In this document: positions 58,781 through 64,000 of the stretch, one piece after another
Layout of the letters: every line of letters begins with the position of its first letter
Numbering within the stretch: the first letter of the stretch is position 1
Source: an uncultured Clostridia bacterium
GTDB lineage: Bacteria > Bacillota > Clostridia > TANB77 > CAG-508
Length of the DNA stretch: 64,000 bases
Assembly: GCA_944388745.1 (NCBI GenBank)
Contig: CALXJZ010000001.1
Coordinates: 5,976-69,975 of the forward strand
Reading direction: 5' to 3'
The notes under the pieces: model-generated
The model's database searches: none
What the model was told of the DNA's origin: nothing
What the model saw: only the letters and a program-made list of their open reading frames with translations
Made by a program: the position numbers and the translations under genes

Positions 58781-59813
58781 CTATTTTTCCACCTTATTAC
58801 TTTTATTAAATTCTTCAATCATCTTATCAACAGCTTTATTCTCAACAAATTTCTCAGCCTGTATTAATGTATATTCAAATAGCAAGGCATCACTACTTCC
58901 ATGTGCTTTTACAACAGGTTTCTTGACTCCTAAAAATAATGCTCCACCATATGATTTATAATCCATCTTTTTAGAAAATCTTTTTATTGCTGGCAAACAA
59001 GGTATAGCAGCTATTTTTGTTAATAAATTACTAGTTAAACTTTCTGTTAAAGTTCTTTTTACAAATTTACCTAATCCCTCAGTTGTTTTTAAAAATACAT
59101 TTCCTGTAAAACCATCTGTTACTATTGCATCTATCTTTCCAGAAAAAGCATCTCTTCCCTCTACATTTCCTACAAAATTTATATCTAATTCTTCAGATTT
59201 TTCTTTTAAAAGATTATAACTTTCTCTAACTAATTCATTTCCTTTTGTTTCTTCGGTTCCTATATTTAATAAACCTATTGCTGGTCTTTCAATTCCATAT
59301 GTATTTTTTAAATATATACTAGACATTTGAGCAAATTGTAATAAATTTATTGGCTTACAATTTGTATTAGAACCTGCATCAATTAAAAGTAATTGACTCT
59401 TATATGCTGGTAATATTCCTGCCAATGCTGGTCTATCTATTCCTTTTATTCTTCCTACAATTAAAGTTGCACCGAGTTAATAATGCTCCTGAATTTCCAG
59501 CTGATATAAATACGTCTCCTTCATCTTCTTTTAACATTCTAAATCCTACAACCATTGATGAATCTTTTTTATGTTTTATTGCAACAGTTGGAGTATCACA
59601 CATTTCTATTGTTTCTGTTGCATTTCTAATTTTTAATCTATCAGAAATTTCTTCTATTTCTTTACCATAAAACTCCTTTACTTTACTTCTTATTACATCT
59701 TCTTTTCCTACTAATATTACTTCTGCTTTTATTTTATTAATGGCATTTACTGCTCCTTTTATATTTGCATCTGGTGCGTTGTCTCCTCCCATAGCATCTA
59801 GTACTATTTTCAT
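58781..59813 (-). CDS. plsX: phosphate acyltransferase PlsX, interrupted by a single +1 frameshift near 59474
   Basis: The N-terminal ORF (59433..59813) ends FISAGNSGALLT. The C-terminal ORF (58781..59425) begins ...AGILPAY. Removing one C from actCggtgc restores [29 protein letters not shown], which aligns to the canonical PlsX GAL..G....[11 protein letters not shown]. Confidence 0.8.
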
Positions 59814-59917
59814 TGTAATTCCTCCTAATTTTGTCTTACTCCATATTATTTATGACATATCTATTTTATTATTATTTTAGTAAAATTACAAGTGATTTCG
59901 CTAATTTTATTAGAAAT

Positions 59918-60548
59918 TTAATTATGTTCTGTGTCTATCCATTCACATTTATTCTCTAAAGTTTTATATAAATTATATTTTTCAGCTTCTTTAGCATAAC
60001 CCTTCCATGCAAAAAAAGACTGTCTCCACTTATTTAATTGTTCTATATCATTCTCATTTGTTCTATACTGTTTATTCCAATTTTTAATTCTTTTTTTCAT
60101 TCTCTGAATATTTGCTCTTTTTAACAATTTATGTGTTGTATAAATTTTATATCCACAAAATATCACTCCGACTTTCAAAGGAAAATATGAGGTTTTTTTG
60201 TTCAGCTCCAAATGCAATTCTGTTTTCACAAATTCTTCTATCTCCTTCAAAATCTCTTTTGCTCTTCCTTTACTTTCCAAAATTAAAACAATATATTTCT
60301 CTTTCTTTAGGTATATATACCTTAAATTTACTATATTTTCCTACTTCATATTTCCTTTGCTTTAAATCTGTTCCTATTCTATATATATTGTCTTCTAAAT
60401 ACATTCCAAAATATATTCTATCTTTTTTATTTTTTTTACTTTTTGATGTTCTTTCATATGCTTCTTTAAATTTATAAAAATCTATTGCTTTGTCATAAAT
60501 ACTGTATATTTTTTTACCTCACGGTATGGTTATAAATTTCTTTAACAT
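59918..60548 (-). pseudogene. decayed retroelement reverse transcriptase (group-II-intron/retron-like): retains domain 0/RT1 and RT7/thumb, lacks RT2-6 including YADD, has an in-frame TGA
   Basis: Manual translation: MLKKFITIP(TGA at 60519-60521)GKKIYSIYDKAIDFYKF...KYEVGKYSKFKVYIPKEREKYIV (RT1-like Y.P.P.RRV.IPK), directly joined to ...KTELHLELNKKTSYFPLKVGVIFCGYKI (RT7 EKT.I....GF.FLGY.I) and a K/R-rich thumb. TGA is a genuine stop here (trmFO ends in TGA). Confidence 0.5.
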
Positions 60549-60900
60549 TTCACTACTAAACACCGTCCTTGAACTGAGCGCTACTTTGAGTGGCAATATA
60601 ATTGCTTCATGTTAAAGTACCAAACAGAGAATGCGCCTGACCTGCCGAGTAGATGTTGAAGTTATTAACGCCGAACAGAGAAAAGAATACACGAAAACAG
60701 TTGACACTTTGCAATTTATAACCAAATTTTAATACCTAATAAATTTTTTTTGGTCAGGACTACAGAGACCAGTACACTGTACTACAACTTCTGGTATCGC
60801 ACTAGTTCCATATTACCGGTCTAAATGTAAGGTTGGACGACGCCTGACCTGTAGGGTAGACGCTGAGGAAAACGCCGAACAGAGAATCTCTTATTATCAT
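60549..60900 (-). other. GC-rich structured non-coding segment with two diverged copies of a roughly 55-nt repeat (R1 60836-60890, R2 60628-60681) and a partial third, located 5' of the RT pseudogene
   Basis: Local GC content is far above the surrounding sequence. R1 and R2 are about 80% identical (CGCCTGACCTG...GTAGA.G.TGA.G..A..AACGCCGAACAGAGAA). Palindrome AGTACACTGTACT at about 60771-60783. R1 overlaps the last 30 codons of the 225-aa ORF. Confidence 0.5.
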
Positions 60901-61479
60901 TGGGTTGTTTGTGTTTGAACCATTCTGAAAACTATATGTTGCTCCATACCAGTTTTGAGTCTCCGCTATAGCTCTACCTAGAGTTGTTGTTTTATCAACA
61001 GTATTAGAAATCACATCAACATACTTTTTCATATTCTCATCTTGCAATGCCTCTTCTAATCTGTAACGATAAGATGTTGCTTCTGCTGAGGTTTTATTTC
61101 TACTTTCAAATAATGTAGCAGTTTGCATATACCCTCCTGTATCTTGTACACCTGATTCATTACCTGTAGAAGTAGTACCATAAGAATTAAGTGAAGTTGC
61201 ATTAGAACCATATCTACTTTGTGCTAAATATGCTACTGCTCCCCAATCTAAAGAAGTGGTTAAATGTGGTTCTAGGTTAGATGTTCCAAGTGTTGAATCT
61301 CCATTTCTTAAATTATAACAAAGATCAAAAGATTCCGATACATTTACATTTGTAAGTGTGGTTGCTTTATCTATTACCTGTATTCCTGCCATACTTATTG
61401 TGTTACTACAAATTATTATAGCTATAATCATTATAAACGAAACTATTATTTTTTTCATATGTAAATTTTCTCCTTTCAT
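60802..61479 (-). CDS. hypothetical secreted protein; C-terminus probably altered by the adjacent inserted element
   Basis: Signal peptide (MKKIIVSFIMIIAIIICSNTISMAG), Ser/Thr/Gly-rich mature region. The last about 30 codons are translated from the GC-rich repeat R1. Confidence 0.45.
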   Translation of the reverse strand: MKGENLHMKKIIVSFIMIIAIIICSNTISMAGIQVIDKATTLTNVNVSESFDLCYNLRNGDSTLGTSNLEPHLTTSLDWGAVAYLAQSRYGSNATSLNSYGTTSTGNESGVQDTGGYMQTATLFESRNKTSAEATSYRYRLEEALQDENMKKYVDVISNTVDKTTTLGRAIAETQNWYGATYSFQNGSNTNNPMIIRDSLFGVFLSVYPTGQASSNLTFRPVIWN

Positions 61480-61497
61480 ATAAATTTAATTTTATTA

Positions 61498-63003
61498 CTA
61501 TTTATTGCTAGGGTCATACTTAGCAACCCAGATTCCTGATAATTTTTCGCCATTACTATCTGTATCTTGATCAAATGCTGGATGTACAATAAATCCTTCT
61601 GGCAGAGAATTTCCATATTTTTCTGTATCTAATGGTTTATTATTTGTATCAATAAATATAATTTCCGTATCTTCATTTGGATTATCTGGCAAGCGATATG
61701 CATATCTAGGTACCCATACCCACCACGCTTCAAATCCATTTGCTGTTGTTTTAACATTTGCCCATATTTTATTTTCATAGTCATACCATTTATTATCACT
61801 ATTAAATTCTTCTAGATTTTGCACTTCTGATAATAAAGTTTGACTTTCTACTGTATTACCATCACTAGAATATTTTATTAAGTATGTATATTCTTCATCG
61901 AATCCTGATAAATCTGGTGTTAACACCTTTTGAGACATTTCTAAATCATCACTTTTATCTTTTCCATAACTTGGATCAAATTTTGCCATCCATATTCCTT
62001 TTAACTCCTTATCAGTTGTAAATGCTGGATGTACTTGATATCCTTCCGGTAAAACTCCTCCATATTCTTCTTTTAGTGGCTTATTATCAGTATCAACATA
62101 AATTATATCTATATCTTCTGGATTAGTCGTGTCAGTTGTTTCATTAATTTTATATGCATATTTTGGTATCCATACCCACCAGGCTTCATATCCATTTGCT
62201 GTTGTCTTTATATTTGCCCATATACTATTTGCATAATCATACCATGTATAAGTTATATCTCCATCTTCAATATAACTTATTACTTCTTGATTCATATGTA
62301 ATGTTATTCCAACTTCATATGTTCCTGAAAAATCATTATTATAATATACCGCACTAGTAGTTAAAGCATTAAATCCCTTTAAGTTCGGTGCATAATAACT
62401 TTCTCCATTTACTGTTACTACTTCGCTTTCATCACCTATCACATAATCTTCTTCATTCATTTTCATGTCATACCCAACATCCATAACTCTACAACCATAT
62501 TTATAGCTATGAACTGCTTTACCTCTTAATCTTGTGACTTTTACTTTAAAAAGTGTATCTGTTAATTGGTCATATATATATGTTTCTCCATTTTGAGCAA
62601 CATCATCTGGGACATAATATAATCCTTTAACATCACCAGTTTCGTCTATTAAATAATCTAATAAATTTTCAATATAATATTCTTTTGTAGGTTCTTTAGT
62701 TGTTGGCATTCCTTCTCTTATATATACTATCTCCATTTTTAAACTTGTTGGCAATGTTCTTGTTTCAACTGGTTCTGTAAATATTGGAATATCTTCATTT
62801 GCTAAAAATTCTTTACTATTTTGAATTTCTTTAATGGTTAATCTTTCATCAAGACCTGTCATTTCAGTTGAAAATGCCGCCCATGTTGCATTAGTAATTA
62901 TTCCATTTTCTCCATATAAAGTTGCAATTGAAATACTCGATAATATCAATAAAACTACATTTTTTCGTCGTTTTATTTGCAATGTTTTTATTGTTATTAA
63001 CAT
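61498..63003 (-). CDS. hypothetical secreted protein with two tandem roughly 160-aa repeats
   Basis: Internal duplication of the motif WYDY.N.IWAN.KTTANG.EAWWVW.P.YAY...D..II..DT.NKPL..E.YG..LPEG..VHPAF...G.W.AK.DPS. Signal-like N-terminus. No known catalytic motif. Confidence 0.5.
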   Translation of the reverse strand: MLITIKTLQIKRRKNVVLLILSSISIATLYGENGIITNATWAAFSTEMTGLDERLTIKEIQNSKEFLANEDIPIFTEPVETRTLPTSLKMEIVYIREGMPTTKEPTKEYYIENLLDYLIDETGDVKGLYYVPDDVAQNGETYIYDQLTDTLFKVKVTRLRGKAVHSYKYGCRVMDVGYDMKMNEEDYVIGDESEVVTVNGESYYAPNLKGFNALTTSAVYYNNDFSGTYEVGITLHMNQEVISYIEDGDITYTWYDYANSIWANIKTTANGYEAWWVWIPKYAYKINETTDTTNPEDIDIIYVDTDNKPLKEEYGGVLPEGYQVHPAFTTDKELKGIWMAKFDPSYGKDKSDDLEMSQKVLTPDLSGFDEEYTYLIKYSSDGNTVESQTLLSEVQNLEEFNSDNKWYDYENKIWANVKTTANGFEAWWVWVPRYAYRLPDNPNEDTEIIFIDTNNKPLDTEKYGNSLPEGFIVHPAFDQDTDSNGEKLSGIWVAKYDPSNK

Positions 63004-63030
63004 ATATTTTTTTTACATAATTGTTACAGT

Positions 63031-63073
63031 CAAAAAAAGCAAAAGAATTAGGAATTTCTTCCTAATCCTTTTG
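63031..63073 (-). terminator. rho-independent terminator of tuf
   Basis: Minus-strand GCAAAAGGATTAGGAAGAAATTCCTAATTCTTTTGC followed by TTTTTTTGAC. Confidence 0.75.
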
Positions 63074-63099
63074 CTATATATTTTTTTAAATTTTTCAAA

Positions 63100-64000
63100 T
63101 TATGCTAATATATCAGCAACAACTCCTGAACCAACTGTTCTACCACCTTCACGGATAGCAAATCTTAATCCTTTTTCAATAGCGATAGGTGTAATTAATT
63201 CGATTGTCATTGATACGTTATCTCCTGGCATAACCATTTCTGTTCCAGCAGGTAATTCGATAACACCTGTAACGTCTGTTGTTCTGAAATAGAATTGTGG
63301 TCTATATCCATTGAAGAATGGTGTATGTCTTCCACCTTCTTCTTTTGTTAAAACGTATACTTCTGATGTGAATTTTGTATGTGGATGAATTGTTCCTGGT
63401 TTACAAAGAACTTGTCCTCTTTCGATATCTTTTCTATCAATTCCTCTTAATAATGCTCCGATATTATCTCCAGCTTCAGCTTGATCTAATAATTTTCTGA
63501 ACATTTCTACACCTGTAACAACTGTTTTCTTTCTTTCTGTTGTTAAACCGATGATTTCAACTTCGTCAGAAACTTTAACTGTTCCTCTTTCTACTCTACC
63601 TGTTGCAACTGTTCCACGTCCTGTAATTGTGAATACGTCTTCAACTGGCATTAAGAATGGTTGATCAACTGGTCTTTCTGGTGTTGGGATATAGTTATCA
63701 ATTGCATCTAATAATTCTTTCATAGGTGCATATACTGGATCATTAGGATCAGTAGATGTACTTTCTAGAACTTTTAATGAAGATCCTTTTATAATTGGAA
63801 TTTCATCTCCTGGGAAATCATATTCTGTTAATAAGTCTCTAACTTCCATTTCAACTAATTCTAATAATTCTGGATCGTCTACCATATCACATTTATTTAA
63901 GTAAACAACGATGTATTTAACACCAACTTGTCTAGCTAATAAGATGTGTTCTCTTGTTTGTGGCATAGGTCCATCAGCTGCTGAAACTACTAATACTGCA
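63100..64000 (-). CDS. tuf: elongation factor Tu, C-terminal about 300 aa; 5' end beyond the window
   Basis: Near-universal EF-Tu sequence (...[10 protein letters not shown]..., [13 protein letters not shown], domains II/III to the C-terminal ...GSGVVADIL). Confidence 0.95.
   Translation of the reverse strand, partial: AVLVVSAADGPMPQTREHILLARQVGVKYIVVYLNKCDMVDDPELLELVEMEVRDLLTEYDFPGDEIPIIKGSSLKVLESTSTDPNDPVYAPMKELLDAIDNYIPTPERPVDQPFLMPVEDVFTITGRGTVATGRVERGTVKVSDEVEIIGLTTERKKTVVTGVEMFRKLLDQAEAGDNIGALLRGIDRKDIERGQVLCKPGTIHPHTKFTSEVYVLTKEEGGRHTPFFNGYRPQFYFRTTDVTGVIELPAGTEMVMPGDNVSMTIELITPIAIEKGLRFAIREGGRTVGSGVVADILA

Noticed and set aside
60519-60521. In-frame TGA in the RT-like ORF as recoding (selenocysteine or TGA=Trp/Gly)
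   Set aside because: TGA terminates trmFO (20637) and other ordinary genes here, and no SECIS-like context is present. The ORF also has an internal domain deletion, so it is a pseudogene.
59814-60905. Intact group II intron
   Set aside because: No domain V-like GC hairpin within about 100 nt after the ORF. The RT lacks the YADD block. Only about 300 nt separate the putative GTGCG from the ORF start, too short for domains I-III.
1-64000. CRISPR arrays, tRNA/rRNA genes, integrases, transposases, prophage structural genes
   Set aside because: No regularly spaced short direct repeats, no tRNA-like cloverleaf or rRNA sequence, and no integrase, transposase or phage capsid/portal/terminase motifs found in any frame.

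Overview
Read as one stretch of a low-GC (about 28-30% GC) Firmicutes/Clostridia-like chromosome. Coding density is high and most genes are on the minus strand.

Housekeeping genes recognised from the translations: topA, leuS, trmFO, acpP, rpsU, plsX, rnc, tuf (3' part), gdpP, dinB-like, addB, ogg, udg, ldcA, pgeF, an M16 peptidase pair, a GltD-like oxidoreductase, LysE and MFS transporters, YitT, and a radical-SAM protein.

Accessory content:
- A 7-kb gene for a giant surface adhesin with a thioester (TQXA-like) domain and SpaA/DUF11 repeats, containing near-identical kb-scale internal duplications.
- A putative non-cellulosomal cohesin-dockerin surface-display locus: one sortase-type-anchored single-cohesin protein followed by two large paralogous dockerin proteins (a BspA-type LRR protein and a beta-helix/internalin-LRR protein). 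The two dockerin genes share their promoter region, signal peptide and C-terminal Ig-like plus dockerin module.
- An SNF2/SWIM helicase.
- A Spo0E-like small gene with an upstream 0A-box-like sequence.
- An HExxH hypothetical protein.
- A decayed reverse-transcriptase pseudogene lying next to a GC-rich repeat-containing non-coding segment.

Non-coding structure: two related families of dispersed palindromic repeats share a T(T/A)GGGGACG core. Family A is a 60-70 bp element present 3 times, each immediately 5' of a gene start. Family B is a roughly 33 bp hairpin with a conserved loop and compensatory stem changes, with at least 5 copies clustered between 49 and 54.5 kb, including a BIME-like inverted pair.

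Three genes (udg, addB, plsX) each carry a single +1 frameshift in the same CCG sequence context, which most likely reflects a systematic sequencing artefact. No CRISPR array, tRNA/rRNA gene, integrase or transposase was seen.
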